Source of the DNA: an uncultured Thermotogaceae bacterium
GTDB lineage: Bacteria; Thermotogota; Thermotogae; MWEM01
DNA: 64,000 nucleotides
Direction of reading: 5' to 3'
Assembly (NCBI GenBank): GCA_964566085.1
Contig: CAZMHO010000001.1
Coordinates: 3,887 to 67,886 of the forward strand
Shown: positions 26,799 to 36,857 of the stretch, in pieces
How the letters are laid out: every line of letters begins with the position of its first letter
Position numbering within the stretch: the first letter of the stretch is position 1
Translations under genes and position numbers: made by a program
Notes under the pieces: model-generated
What the model saw: only the letters and a program-made list of their open reading frames with translations
Databases searched by the model: none
Told to the model about the DNA's origin: nothing

Positions 26799-28262
26799 AT
26801 GATGGATAGATTACTGAAGGTTGCTGTGATTGGGGCGGGCGTCGTGGGGTCTTTAATTGCGCGTCAGTTAACGCGATACCGGTGTGACGTGCACGTGTTT
26901 GAAAAAGAGGAGGATGTGGGTTGGGGAGTAACAAAAGCCAACTCGGCGGTGATACACGGGGGGTACGACGATCTTCCCGGGACTGTTCGCTCGCGCTTCT
27001 GCGCCAAAGGGAATGCTATGTATTCCTCGCTTTCAGAAGAGCTCGGTTTCGAGTTGAAACGCATCGGTTCTTTCGTTTTGGCGCAGAATCAAGAAGACTT
27101 CGCTTATCTCGAAACGTTGCGAAAGCATGCCATAGAAAACGGGTTGACCGGTTGCGCCATCCTTCCGGCTCAAAAGCTGAGAGAGATGGAACCGCAACTC
27201 TCCGATACGGTCATCGCTGGTTTTTGGTGCCCGACAGCGGGGATCACCGAACCGTGGATGGTTGCGATCGGGGCGGTCGAAAACGCCGTCAAAAACGGCG
27301 CGCGCTTGCACTTGGCAGAAGAGGTGACAGGGTTTACGATCGATGAAAGACAAGGAGCGCGGCGTATCGTAGCGATCAAAACGGACCGTCGCGATTACCC
27401 GATCGATATCGTCGTGAACGCGGCCGGTCTGTGGGCGGACGAACTCTCCGAGCGCGCCGGAACCTCTTGCCCGCCCTTGCATCCCCGAAAAGGAGAGTAC
27501 TTACTGCTCGATAAATTCGAACCGCCAATCGTTCGATCCGTTCTATTCCCGATTCCTTCTTCCATTTCGAAGGGTATTTTGGTTTTACCGACCGTCGATG
27601 GCGGGTTGTTGCTGGGTCCGACGGCAACCGATCTTCCTAAGGAAGAGAAGCGGGAAACGAGTACAACGAAAGAAGGGTTATCGGAAGTCCTCCTGTCTGC
27701 GCGGACGCTTGTTCCATCCCTCGATCCCCAGTGGACTGTGAAGTCTTTCGCAGGATTGAGGCCCGAGAGTCCGCAAAAGGATTTCGTCGTCGGAAAAACA
27801 GAAGTCGAAGGGTTTTTCCAGGCGGCGGCGATGCGGTCTCCCGGGCTTACCGCCGCGCCAGCGATCGCGGAATACCTTGTTGAGGATGTGATTCGGCGCG
27901 GATGTGAATACCCTTTGGAACTGAATCCCACCTTCTCACCCGTAAACCCGCCCTATCAAAACGTCAGTCATCTGTCGTTAGCCGAATGGGAAAAGAAGAT
28001 AGAAGCAGACCCGCTCTATGGAAAGATGGCCTGCGTGTGCAACAAAGTGACGGAAGGGGACATCCGGGACGCCGTCCGAAGGGGCGCGACGACCGTGGAT
28101 GGCGTCAAGTTCCGGACACGGGCGTCATTCGGGCGCTGTCAGGGTGGGTTTTGCTTGGCGAAAATAGCGGAGGTATTGTCGCGGGAATCGGGACGATCGC
28201 TTGGTGAGATTAAGATGCGCTCGGGAAAAACGGAGATCCTCAGAGGAATGGTGAGAGAATGA
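26799..28262 (+). CDS. FAD-dependent oxidoreductase, GlpA-like, with a C-terminal BFD-like [2Fe-2S] domain (putative glycerol-3-phosphate dehydrogenase catalytic subunit)
   Basis: VAVIGAGVVGSLIA dinucleotide fold, a DAO family body, and C-terminal CVCNKVTEGDIRDAV…GRCQGGFC. Confidence 0.7.
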   Translation: MMDRLLKVAVIGAGVVGSLIARQLTRYRCDVHVFEKEEDVGWGVTKANSAVIHGGYDDLPGTVRSRFCAKGNAMYSSLSEELGFELKRIGSFVLAQNQEDFAYLETLRKHAIENGLTGCAILPAQKLREMEPQLSDTVIAGFWCPTAGITEPWMVAIGAVENAVKNGARLHLAEEVTGFTIDERQGARRIVAIKTDRRDYPIDIVVNAAGLWADELSERAGTSCPPLHPRKGEYLLLDKFEPPIVRSVLFPIPSSISKGILVLPTVDGGLLLGPTATDLPKEEKRETSTTKEGLSEVLLSARTLVPSLDPQWTVKSFAGLRPESPQKDFVVGKTEVEGFFQAAAMRSPGLTAAPAIAEYLVEDVIRRGCEYPLELNPTFSPVNPPYQNVSHLSLAEWEKKIEADPLYGKMACVCNKVTEGDIRDAVRRGATTVDGVKFRTRASFGRCQGGFCLAKIAEVLSRESGRSLGEIKMRSGKTEILRGMVRE

Positions 28263-29515
28263 AAGAGATCATAACGGACGCGCTTGTCATCGGCGGCGGA
28301 GCGGCAGGAATGGCCGCCGCGGTGGAATGCGTCGAAAGGGGTTGCCGAACGGTTCTTGTCGAAAGAGAAGGGAGCATCGGCGGTGTCTTGAATCAGTGCA
28401 TTCACAACGGATTTGGCCTTCACGTCTTCAAAGAGGAACTGACCGGCCCCGAATACGCGCAGCTTTTTAAGGCTCAAATCCGTCAAAAAGGTGTCGAAAC
28501 GCATTCGGACCTTTTTGTTGTCAACGTTGATCCAAAACGCCGCGAAGTGGTGACGATGGGGAAATGCGGGTGCATTGTCTATCGGCCACAAGCGTTGATC
28601 ATGACGACGGGGGCGAGCGAACGGTCTTTCAACAGTCTGCGGATTCCGGGGACGAGGCCGGCGGGAATCTTTACGGCCGGGGTCGCTCAGCGATTTGTCA
28701 ATCTTTACAATCGATTGCCCGGAGAGCGGGCTTTTGTCTTAGGGTCCGGAGATATCGGTTTGATTATGGCGCGCCGTTTGACACTGGAAGGTATGATGGT
28801 GCTCGGTGTTGCCGAATTAATGCCCCACCCCGGGGGGTTAGCCCGGAACATATCTCAGTGCCTTCACGATTTTAATATTCCCTTGCGCTTGTCGACCAGC
28901 GTCGTGGAAGTACACGGACGCGAGCGTCTGGAAGGGATTACTCTCGCGAAGTTCGACCCCGTGACCTTCCAAAGGATATCGGGCACGGAAGAGAGGATTG
29001 CCTGCGATACACTGATCTTGTCGGTGGGACTCCTTCCTCAGAACGAGCTGATCGAATCCTTTGTCGAGACCGATCCGGTCAACCGCGGCATCAAGGTCGA
29101 CTCTTTTATGAGGACGACACATCCTTGGATCTTTGCGGCCGGAAACAACGTGGGCATCTATGACCTGGTCGATTTCGTCACGCTGGATGGAAAGATCGCC
29201 GGTCAAAGCGCCGCGAAGATGATCCGAGATGGGTTTCTTCCTGAAAAGCGTATCCCCTTGACGCGCGGAGAGCAAATCAGCACGCTGATTCCGTCACTCT
29301 GTTGCTTAGAGGGGAACCCGTTCACGATTTACTGCCGATCGAAAAAGATGATGAAGAAATCGCGTATTTCGATCGGGCCGGGTCTCTTCGAAACGGTCCG
29401 GATGGGGATAAAACCAAGCGAGATGGTCGATATCCCGTTCACGGTGAAGCATTTAGAGAAGCTCAGGCAATTAGGGTTAACAAAGATCGAAGTCTCCATC
29501 AAGGAGGTCTTGTAA
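28259..29515 (+). CDS. NAD(P)/FAD-dependent pyridine-nucleotide-disulfide oxidoreductase (NOX-like subunit)
   Basis: ALVIGGGAAGMAAA and a second Rossmann motif VLGSGDIGL; ATGA-coupled to the upstream gene. Confidence 0.7.
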   Translation: MKEIITDALVIGGGAAGMAAAVECVERGCRTVLVEREGSIGGVLNQCIHNGFGLHVFKEELTGPEYAQLFKAQIRQKGVETHSDLFVVNVDPKRREVVTMGKCGCIVYRPQALIMTTGASERSFNSLRIPGTRPAGIFTAGVAQRFVNLYNRLPGERAFVLGSGDIGLIMARRLTLEGMMVLGVAELMPHPGGLARNISQCLHDFNIPLRLSTSVVEVHGRERLEGITLAKFDPVTFQRISGTEERIACDTLILSVGLLPQNELIESFVETDPVNRGIKVDSFMRTTHPWIFAAGNNVGIYDLVDFVTLDGKIAGQSAAKMIRDGFLPEKRIPLTRGEQISTLIPSLCCLEGNPFTIYCRSKKMMKKSRISIGPGLFETVRMGIKPSEMVDIPFTVKHLEKLRQLGLTKIEVSIKEVL

Positions 29516-29889
29516 TGACAAAGAGAACGCTCACGTGTATTTCCTGTCCTTTGGGATGCGATCTGGAAGCGGAAGTCTCAGGGGATACGGTAGCGGTGAC
29601 CGGCAACCGGTGCGAGAAAGGCATCGCTTACGCCAAAGCCGAGATCCTGAACCCGCAAAGAGTGGTTACGTCGAATGTCCTCGTTGACGGAGGTCTTTGC
29701 CCGTTAGTATCCGTCAAAACGAGCGCGCCGATTCCGAAAGGCTTGATCGCGAAGATGATACAAGAGCTGAAAAATATAAAAATCGAAGCGCCGATTCGAA
29801 TAGGTCAGGTTCTTATCCGCAATTTACTGGACACCGGGATCGACGTTATCGCGACACGAGAGGTTGGACTCTGTCCCGCGGAGGAGTGA
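29515..29889 (+). CDS. DUF1667-family Cys-rich small subunit
   Basis: MTKRTLTCISCPLGCDLEAEV…GNRCEKG. Starts at TAATG with RBS AAGGAGG; the track ORF 29302..29889 is an in-frame read-through artefact. Confidence 0.6.
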   Translation: MTKRTLTCISCPLGCDLEAEVSGDTVAVTGNRCEKGIAYAKAEILNPQRVVTSNVLVDGGLCPLVSVKTSAPIPKGLIAKMIQELKNIKIEAPIRIGQVLIRNLLDTGIDVIATREVGLCPAEE

Positions 29890-29907
29890 TCGAAGGCTTC
29901 GACATCC

Positions 29908-29940
29908 CGGATCGACTTAGATCCGGTTTTTTTTATATAA
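29908..29940 (+). terminator. Intrinsic terminator
   Basis: CCGGATCGACTTAGATCCGG followed by TTTTTTTTAT. Confidence 0.5.
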
Positions 29941-29957
29941 GCCGGATTATAGTATAA

Positions 29958-31385
29958 TTGGCCAGCATCATTTCTAAAAATGATAACGGAAAGGGGGTCG
30001 CTATGCAAGCGATTGATTTGACGAAGTACCGCGATCTGTTTCGGAGTCATACCGAGCTGCGGGTACAGGAAAGCGCGGAATCGGTTTATACGATTACGAA
30101 CGGCAAGGTCGAACAAAACACTGAAAATTCGAACAGCGGCATCAGCGCAAGGGTCTATAACAAGGGGGTATGGGGGTTTGCGTCGACGCCCGTTATCAGT
30201 AACGGCTCTGTCGGCGAAGTCGTCTGCGCCGCGACCGCGAACGCCGAGATCTTTCAAAGGATGTCGATGGCTGATAAACCTTCTCTCGAAGCGATCATCT
30301 CGCATTCTTCCTTCTCAAAAAACCGCGTTAAAAGCCCCTGTTCCAAAAAAGAGAAGCTCGATCGGCTTCTGGCCATAGATGATTATGTCGCGAAGAAATT
30401 CCCTGATTTAAAATCGAGAACGCTTTTCTCACGGAGTCAACAGATAGAAAAACGTTGGGTCACTTCTTTCGGTTCTGAGGCTTATTCCTTATATCCCCGG
30501 GCCCATCTGTACGTCAGCTTGACTTATGAGAAAGAAGGCGAATCACTCGAAAACATAGAGATCTTCGGTGGATTCGGCTACTTCGAAGAGCTATTCGACG
30601 ACCTGCCCGGCATACACGCGAAGATCGACGCCTTGTACGATCACCTCAGGAAGAAGGTAGAGGGAGACTACCCGAAACCGGGGTTTCAAGAGGTGATCAT
30701 TTGCCCGTCTCTCGGCGGGATATTGGCGCACGAAGCGGTCGGCCACACGGTCGAAGCCGATTTCGTAAAGAACGGCTCTATCGCCAAAGATGTCCTGAAT
30801 GAGAAAGTGGCGGCCGATATCGTGACGATGGTCGACTTTGCCCATCATTATCAGGGCGAGTTGTTGCCCGTTCCGGTGTTCACCGATGACGAAGGGACCG
30901 AAGCGGTCGACGCGCTCTTGATCGATCGCGGCGTCTTGAAAGGGTATATGCACAACTTGGAGTCGGCCCAAGAGCTGGGAAGCGCGCCCACAGGAAACGC
31001 AAGGGGATTCGCTTTTTCCGACGAACCGTTGATACGTATGCGAAACACCGCGATTTTGCCGGGAGACAGTACGATCTCTGACATGATCGCGTCGATAGAT
31101 GACGGGTATTACCTGATGAAAACGATGAACGGTCAGGCGGACGCGACCAGTGAATTTATGTTCGGCATCACGCAGGCCTATGAGATTAAGAACGGAAAAC
31201 TTGGGCAAGCGCTGAAAGACTTTACAGTATCCGGCGTCGCTTTCGATATGCTCAAGACGATCACCATGCTCTCTTCCGACATGGAGTGGGAAAACTCGGG
31301 GTACTGCGGAAAAAAACAGCCGATGATCGTATCCTGCGGGTCGCCTGCCATTAAGTGCAAAATGCTGATAGGAGGGAGAGAATAA
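29958..31385 (+). CDS. tldD: TldD-family metalloprotease
   Basis: The HEAVGH zinc motif and GxC glycine-rich C-terminal region of the TldD/PmbA (PF01523) fold. Confidence 0.8.
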   Translation: MASIISKNDNGKGVAMQAIDLTKYRDLFRSHTELRVQESAESVYTITNGKVEQNTENSNSGISARVYNKGVWGFASTPVISNGSVGEVVCAATANAEIFQRMSMADKPSLEAIISHSSFSKNRVKSPCSKKEKLDRLLAIDDYVAKKFPDLKSRTLFSRSQQIEKRWVTSFGSEAYSLYPRAHLYVSLTYEKEGESLENIEIFGGFGYFEELFDDLPGIHAKIDALYDHLRKKVEGDYPKPGFQEVIICPSLGGILAHEAVGHTVEADFVKNGSIAKDVLNEKVAADIVTMVDFAHHYQGELLPVPVFTDDEGTEAVDALLIDRGVLKGYMHNLESAQELGSAPTGNARGFAFSDEPLIRMRNTAILPGDSTISDMIASIDDGYYLMKTMNGQADATSEFMFGITQAYEIKNGKLGQALKDFTVSGVAFDMLKTITMLSSDMEWENSGYCGKKQPMIVSCGSPAIKCKMLIGGRE

Positions 31386-32686
31386 TGGGTCGCGCCGAAT
31401 CGAAAGGGATCGTCGAAAAGACGTTGCGCCTGTTAAAAAACGCGGGAGCCACCCAGGCGGAAGTGAAACTGGCCCTGTCAAGCAAGCAAGAGCTGAATCT
31501 GGCGGACAATAGAATGAGCCTTTATCGCACCACACGCGATATCTCTTTAGAACTGGTCGCTTTCAGCGGATATAGAAAGGGCACGAAACGGATTAACCAG
31601 ATAGGGGACTGCCAGATTGAAAGCGCTGTATGCGCGGTTATGGAAGCGGCGAAGGACTCCCAAGAGGACGAAGCGAACGCGATTGCGGGCTATCAACCCG
31701 CGAACAGGTTTCAATCAGGTCCCGATTCCTGCGATTTCGAAAACGTCTACCGGAAACTGGATAGCTTCATTAAGCATGCGAAACAAGAGGCGCCTTCCGT
31801 AAATCTCATGGAAGGGGGGGCGGAGTTCAATACGAAGGAGTTCTACCACGTAAATTCCAACGGATTGGACAATTATTCCAGAACGGCCTATTATGAGTTC
31901 GGGATCGTTTTTATGGCGGTGAAAGAGAAGAAACGTTCTTCTTTCAATTATTCCGGCATTCTTCAGGAGGAACCGAATCAAGAGTTCTACGAAGCGGGAT
32001 CGATCATGGAGCTGATGAAGCAGTGCGAACAGCAGATGGACCCGAAAAGCGTACCGGGGAATTTCGTCGGCGATGTCATTTTCACGCCCGACTGTCTCGG
32101 CGATGTCCTGGAAGTCATCACCGAAAACTTGAAAGACCGGAGTATCCACACCGGGACATCCATCTTTACGAATAAACTCCATCGGTCGGTCGCCCATCCC
32201 AGTTTTACCCTCTTCGCGAACCCGGTCGGCGATGAGATGCCGAACAAATCTTATTTCACAGAAAACGGATACTTGGCGAAGAACAAAGCGATCATCGAAA
32301 ACGGCGTATTAAATACCTACCTCCTCAGCCTGTACGGCGCGAGGAAGACTGGTTTAGCCCGGTCGGAGACGATCGGGAAGAACTTTTCGGTCGCTCCCGG
32401 CACGATTCTAAAAGAGGATATGATCAAAGGGATCCAGAAAGGCATCCTTTTAGGAAGGTTTTCGGGTGGAGAACCGGCGCCGAACGGAGATTTTTCGGGC
32501 GTCGCTAAAAACAGTTTCTATATAGAAGACGGGGAAATCAAACATGCCGTCAAGGAGACCATGATTTCGGGCAACATGCGGAAACTTTTGTTCGACATTA
32601 AAGGGGTCTCCGCTGACCGCTGCCGTTTCGGTTTTGCTACACTTCCGTGGTTGCACGTTGACGGAATCAATGTCGTTACCGCCTGA
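31385..32686 (+). CDS. pmbA: PmbA/TldE-family protein (TldD partner)
   Basis: The same fold but without the HExxxH motif. TAATG-coupled to tldD, start MGRAESKG. Confidence 0.7.
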   Translation: MGRAESKGIVEKTLRLLKNAGATQAEVKLALSSKQELNLADNRMSLYRTTRDISLELVAFSGYRKGTKRINQIGDCQIESAVCAVMEAAKDSQEDEANAIAGYQPANRFQSGPDSCDFENVYRKLDSFIKHAKQEAPSVNLMEGGAEFNTKEFYHVNSNGLDNYSRTAYYEFGIVFMAVKEKKRSSFNYSGILQEEPNQEFYEAGSIMELMKQCEQQMDPKSVPGNFVGDVIFTPDCLGDVLEVITENLKDRSIHTGTSIFTNKLHRSVAHPSFTLFANPVGDEMPNKSYFTENGYLAKNKAIIENGVLNTYLLSLYGARKTGLARSETIGKNFSVAPGTILKEDMIKGIQKGILLGRFSGGEPAPNGDFSGVAKNSFYIEDGEIKHAVKETMISGNMRKLLFDIKGVSADRCRFGFATLPWLHVDGINVVTA

Positions 32687-32807
32687 CATGCCGGGTAACC
32701 GCGTAACCCGCGCGGTATAGACAGAGAGGTCTTTCCTGAGCGATATCGGGGTTTGAAGGACGTCGATAGGAGAAAGAACAATCACCCTGTTTTTCAGAGG
32801 ATAAGAG

Positions 32808-33764
32808 ATGAAAAAAAACCCAATAACGAAGGGTATTTTGATAATCAATATCTTTATGTTCGTTTTGAGCGCCATTTCAAGCGGCGGCGCTTTTTTGACT
32901 TCGCTTTGGAGCGGGGGAAACGTGCAAACGCTTCTCAAATCAGGCGCGTCCTTGGGTATCTACGTGCAACAAGGGCAAATTTACCGCTTGGTTTCTTCGC
33001 TCTTTCTGCACGCCGGGTTAATACACCTGATCTTCAATTCCTATGCGCTCTACATGTTTGGAACCATCGTAGAATCCATCTTCGGTTCCAGGCGCTTTAC
33101 CGTCATCTACTTAGCGGCGGGTTTGGTTGGCGCCCTGTTGACACAATTTTTTTACCCCGGTGTCGTATCTGTCGGCGCAAGCGGCGCGATCTTCGGCCTC
33201 ATCGGGTTGTTGTTTGCCTTAGGATTGAGAAAGGATACGCCGAGACGGTTGACGCCTGTGACCGGAACGGCATTGTTGCCTATGATCATTATCAACCTCC
33301 TGCTCGGGTTCACGGTGCCAGGCATCAACAATTTGGCGCATATCGGGGGCTTGGCAACCGGTTTTCTTTTCGGGTTGGTTCTCACCCCTTTCAAAATCGT
33401 AATGAAGCAATGGTCGTTTCTTTGGACCGTTCTCGCCATCGTTTGTGTTGTCGTTTCGCTGGTTTGTATCAGTTACATCTTCCTCTTTCCAGAACCCGAT
33501 ATCGAACAGATCATCAGTTTTGCCAATCAATACGCCGAAGTGTTGTCTCTGCTTTCAGGGGCTCGAAATTTTCAGCGGTACAGCTACTACTATGAGCTGT
33601 TACGTCCATTTGACGCGGCTACGCAGGTCTTGAAAGAAGACATCCAAAGGTATATTGACTCAAGTGGGAGCAGTGAAAGGCTCAACGATCTTCAACTCCG
33701 GTACAAAAACTGGCAGGACGACATACTCAAACGGTATGGATCTTGGATAAAGATAGCGCCATGA
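32808..33764 (+). CDS. Rhomboid-family intramembrane serine protease with a C-terminal soluble extension
   Basis: GASGAIFGLIG (catalytic Ser) and AHIGGLATGFLFG (catalytic His), six TM helices. Confidence 0.8.
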   Translation: MKKNPITKGILIINIFMFVLSAISSGGAFLTSLWSGGNVQTLLKSGASLGIYVQQGQIYRLVSSLFLHAGLIHLIFNSYALYMFGTIVESIFGSRRFTVIYLAAGLVGALLTQFFYPGVVSVGASGAIFGLIGLLFALGLRKDTPRRLTPVTGTALLPMIIINLLLGFTVPGINNLAHIGGLATGFLFGLVLTPFKIVMKQWSFLWTVLAIVCVVVSLVCISYIFLFPEPDIEQIISFANQYAEVLSLLSGARNFQRYSYYYELLRPFDAATQVLKEDIQRYIDSSGSSERLNDLQLRYKNWQDDILKRYGSWIKIAP

Positions 33765-34843
33765 GAGTTCGGTTGATCGATATCCTTTTCCTCTTTGCTT
33801 TCTTCGGATCGGTTTTCTCCGGCGAAGCATCCGTACTGAACCTTCTATCGGAAGTGGCATTAGAGGGGAAATGCGTTCAGCTTTTTATTGATGAAGCGTA
33901 TCAGCGCGCGTTCGTGATCGATTATCTGAACCACGTCGTGCATGCTGTCGACTTGAAAACGAATCGCATCAGCCATCGTATCTCACAATCGGCTTATCCT
34001 GTCTATATCCTTTTTCACGCCGATCGCCTCTATATCTCGGATTTTTGGGGGCATAAGGTGGATGTTTACGATCGCGAAAGTCTCCTGCGCGTTGCTTCGA
34101 TACCGTGTAAACGCGGACCGGGATATATGATCGAGAGAGGCGGCCTGCTCTATGTCGCGAGTCAATTGGAGCCGGTTTTGCAGGTTTTCTATCTTCCGAC
34201 CGGCGAAGAGTTGTATGCCTTTCCGCTGGAAGGCCGCGTACCGAAATTCTTTCTGCTGGACGATTTAGTCATTCTTCCGTACTATGACAACTACCATACT
34301 TGGTCTCGCGACTTCGAGATGGTCGATTCGGTGGCCTTCCTGAACCCGACTACCTTTTCGAGGTGGGACATCGAAGGGAAGATAAAGAAGCCTCTCCATA
34401 TCCTCCGTATCGAGTCTGGCAAGTATTTGGTCGTCGGGTATCTAGATAATGCCATCTGGAGAGTGGATTGGGGCCAAAAAGAAGTCACGGAGTTTGTTTC
34501 TTGGAAAGGACACAGCCACATCATGGATGTCGCCATGTTCGCCGGGTATATCGCGATCTCTTCGATGAGCGAAGACGACCTCTTTTATTTAAGCCTTCCC
34601 TCCAAAGACCTACACCGGATCACGCTTGGGGGAGGCCTTATCGATCTTGAGCCTTATCAAGATCGATACTTGTTTGCAGCCGGTAACTTTGACAACACCT
34701 TATATGTTCTCGACGCTCAATATAGGCTGGTCGAAACCTGGCCGTTGAAAGATTATCCCATCGCGATGAAAGCCTATCATAACCGATTGGCCATACTCAA
34801 CATGGATAACCCTGTGCTAGCGATCTACGAAATAGGAAGGTAA
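33743..34843 (+). CDS. Secreted beta-propeller-like hypothetical protein
   Basis: A signal peptide (MRVRLIDILFLFAFFGSVFSG), then repeated about 40-aa aromatic/Gly units (YVxx, LYxA) suggestive of NHL/YVTN blades. Confidence 0.35.
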   Translation: MDKDSAMRVRLIDILFLFAFFGSVFSGEASVLNLLSEVALEGKCVQLFIDEAYQRAFVIDYLNHVVHAVDLKTNRISHRISQSAYPVYILFHADRLYISDFWGHKVDVYDRESLLRVASIPCKRGPGYMIERGGLLYVASQLEPVLQVFYLPTGEELYAFPLEGRVPKFFLLDDLVILPYYDNYHTWSRDFEMVDSVAFLNPTTFSRWDIEGKIKKPLHILRIESGKYLVVGYLDNAIWRVDWGQKEVTEFVSWKGHSHIMDVAMFAGYIAISSMSEDDLFYLSLPSKDLHRITLGGGLIDLEPYQDRYLFAAGNFDNTLYVLDAQYRLVETWPLKDYPIAMKAYHNRLAILNMDNPVLAIYEIGR

Positions 34844-34848
34844 AACAC

Positions 34849-35409
34849 ATGGAAGAAAACACGGACCGATCGAAGTCGAGATCGGCGACCACGAGTCCGG
34901 TACACGCCGTTTATCTGTCGCTCGGAAGCAACGTCGGCGATCGCAGAAACCATATCCGATGCGCTTTGCAGACTCTTGAGAAGAAGGGGGTGCGTTCTAT
35001 CCTAAAATCGAATCTGTATCTTTCAAAAGCATACGGGTATGAGGATCAGGATGATTTTTACAATATGGCTGTCGGGGTTTTAACCTCTTTACCGCCGTTC
35101 TCCTTGCTGAAAATGCTAAAAGAATCGGAGCGGGAGTGCGGTAGAAGCCCTACCTTCCAGTGGGGGCCGAGAGAAATCGATATCGATATTATTCTTTACG
35201 GGAATCTGGTTCTATCCGATGTCGACTTAGCCATCCCGCATCCGGATTTTCGCAATCGCGACTTCGTTTTGCGCCCGTTGTTGGATATTGGTCGCATGAT
35301 CATCGACCCGATTACGGGAAGAACTGTAGAGGGTCTCTATGGACTCTTGAGCAAAGATACCTGCATCTGCATCGGTCCGCTGGATGAGGTGGAAGAGGTG
35401 TCCGAATGA
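34849..35409 (+). CDS. folK: 2-amino-4-hydroxy-6-hydroxymethyldihydropteridine diphosphokinase
   Basis: VYLSLGSNVGDR…REIDIDIILYG are HPPK motifs. Confidence 0.85.
   Translation: MEENTDRSKSRSATTSPVHAVYLSLGSNVGDRRNHIRCALQTLEKKGVRSILKSNLYLSKAYGYEDQDDFYNMAVGVLTSLPPFSLLKMLKESERECGRSPTFQWGPREIDIDIILYGNLVLSDVDLAIPHPDFRNRDFVLRPLLDIGRMIIDPITGRTVEGLYGLLSKDTCICIGPLDEVEEVSE
34866..34886. repeat. 21-nt hairpin-capable repeat copy 1 (CCGATCGAAGTCGAGATCGGC)
   Basis: Exact 21-mer with inverted 6-nt ends CCGATC/GATCGG, at folK codons 6-12. Confidence 0.7.
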
Positions 35410-36827
35410 TACGCTTACGATTTGCCCCGAGCCCAACCGGATTTCTCCACGTCGGTGGCGTTCGCACCGCTCTGTTCAACTGGCTTTTCGCTCGGAAATC
35501 TGGCGGCAAGTTTATCTTGCGCATAGAGGATACGGATCAAGAACGTTCGACGAAAGCTTCGGAACAAGAAATATTCGAATCTCTTCATTGGTGCGGCCTT
35601 ATATGGGATGAAGGCCCGGATGTCGGAGGGGAATATGGTCCCTATCGTCAAATGGAACGACATGAGAAAGGTTTCTATCGCGACGCGGTCCGTATGCTGT
35701 TGGAGACAAAGCGCGCCTACTATTCGGTTGCGAAAATCACCGACCCCAAGACCGAAGTGCTCCGTTCGGATCATTATCCGGAGGGGTATTCGGAACAGGA
35801 GTACTTAATTGCCGTAAAGTTCGCGGTACCTCACGGTACGACGCATTTTTACGATCTCCTGAAAGGGGAGCTCCAGTTTGAGAATCAAACGATAGACGAC
35901 TTCGTCATCCTGAAATCAAGCGGAGTCCCGGTCTATAACTTCGCTGTCGTGGTCGACGATGCGATGATGCGGATTACGCACGTGATAAGGGGGGAGGATC
36001 ATATCTCGAATACACCAAGGCAGATCATGCTCTATCAAGCGTTGGGGTTGGATCTACCGGTCTTCATGCATCTTCCGTTAATTTTAGGCTCGGATAAGAC
36101 CCCTCTGAGCAAGCGCCACGGGGGAACTTCGGTAGAATTCTTCCGAAAGGAAGGGTATCTGTCGGAAGGGTTGATGAACTACCTGGCTTTGCTCGGTTGG
36201 AACGTAAAGCAAGAGGTCTTTCATCCTTTACGAGAGTTAGAAGGTTTTTCCTTGGAGAATATTTCAAACAAATCCGTTGTTTTCGATTATAAGAAGTTGG
36301 AATGGATCAACGGGAAACACGTCCATGCTTTGCCATTCTCGTCATACTTCGAGTTGTTTAAAGAGTGGAGCTCGCGTTATCGCGATGGCTATCCGGAGTT
36401 TTCCGAGCTCCTATCCCGTTATCCCCAAGGACGCATCGAACGGCTTTTGAAGGTGAGTCAAGAAAAAGCGAATACCTTCGTTCAATTGTTGCCGCTCTTG
36501 CGGCCTCTTCTCTTCGGCGCGGACGAACTGCTCTTCGACGAGAAATGGATCGATAAATACTTGAAGAAACCCGAAGCGCTTGGGTTCCTCGAAAAATCCG
36601 AAGAAGCGTTCGCCAAAAAACCGTTGGATACCTATGACGAGATAAAGTCCATTTTTGATGTGCTTATTGAAAACAGCGGATTATCTACGAACCAAGTCTA
36701 CCAAACCCTGCGCGGCGCGCTCACGGGCTCGCTGGTTTCACTGGGACTCATCGAAACCGTCGATTTTTTAGGGCGCGATGAAGTGGTCAAGAGGATTCAG
36801 AAAGCCACAGCGCGTCTTCTTCCTTAG
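35406..36827 (+). CDS. gltX: Glutamate--tRNA ligase
   Basis: RFAPSPTGFLHVGGVRTALFN (HIGH-class) and a KMSK-like LSKRHG. Confidence 0.9.
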   Translation: MIRLRFAPSPTGFLHVGGVRTALFNWLFARKSGGKFILRIEDTDQERSTKASEQEIFESLHWCGLIWDEGPDVGGEYGPYRQMERHEKGFYRDAVRMLLETKRAYYSVAKITDPKTEVLRSDHYPEGYSEQEYLIAVKFAVPHGTTHFYDLLKGELQFENQTIDDFVILKSSGVPVYNFAVVVDDAMMRITHVIRGEDHISNTPRQIMLYQALGLDLPVFMHLPLILGSDKTPLSKRHGGTSVEFFRKEGYLSEGLMNYLALLGWNVKQEVFHPLRELEGFSLENISNKSVVFDYKKLEWINGKHVHALPFSSYFELFKEWSSRYRDGYPEFSELLSRYPQGRIERLLKVSQEKANTFVQLLPLLRPLLFGADELLFDEKWIDKYLKKPEALGFLEKSEEAFAKKPLDTYDEIKSIFDVLIENSGLSTNQVYQTLRGALTGSLVSLGLIETVDFLGRDEVVKRIQKATARLLP

Positions 36828-36857
36828 AGGCGTATCGGTACCGGAGAGGGCGAAGGG

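Noticed and set aside
27395-27931. Antisense ORFs (178 and 83 aa) inside the GlpA-like gene
   Set aside because: Typical spurious antisense frames in a GC-rich, conserved flavoprotein gene.
29302-29889. 195-aa ORF fusing the end of the NOX-like gene with the DUF1667 gene
   Set aside because: It is a frame read-through. The real start is the ATG at 29515 preceded by AAGGAGG, overlapping the upstream stop as TAATG.
30591-31535. 314-aa ORF antisense to tldD
   Set aside because: The translation is Arg/Pro-rich and low-complexity with no motifs. It is fully contained in a well-supported gene on the other strand, typical of GC-rich antisense frames.
32753-33595. 280-aa ORF overlapping the rhomboid gene in another frame
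   Set aside because: The rhomboid frame carries the catalytic GASG/His motifs; the alternative frame is Arg-rich with no features.
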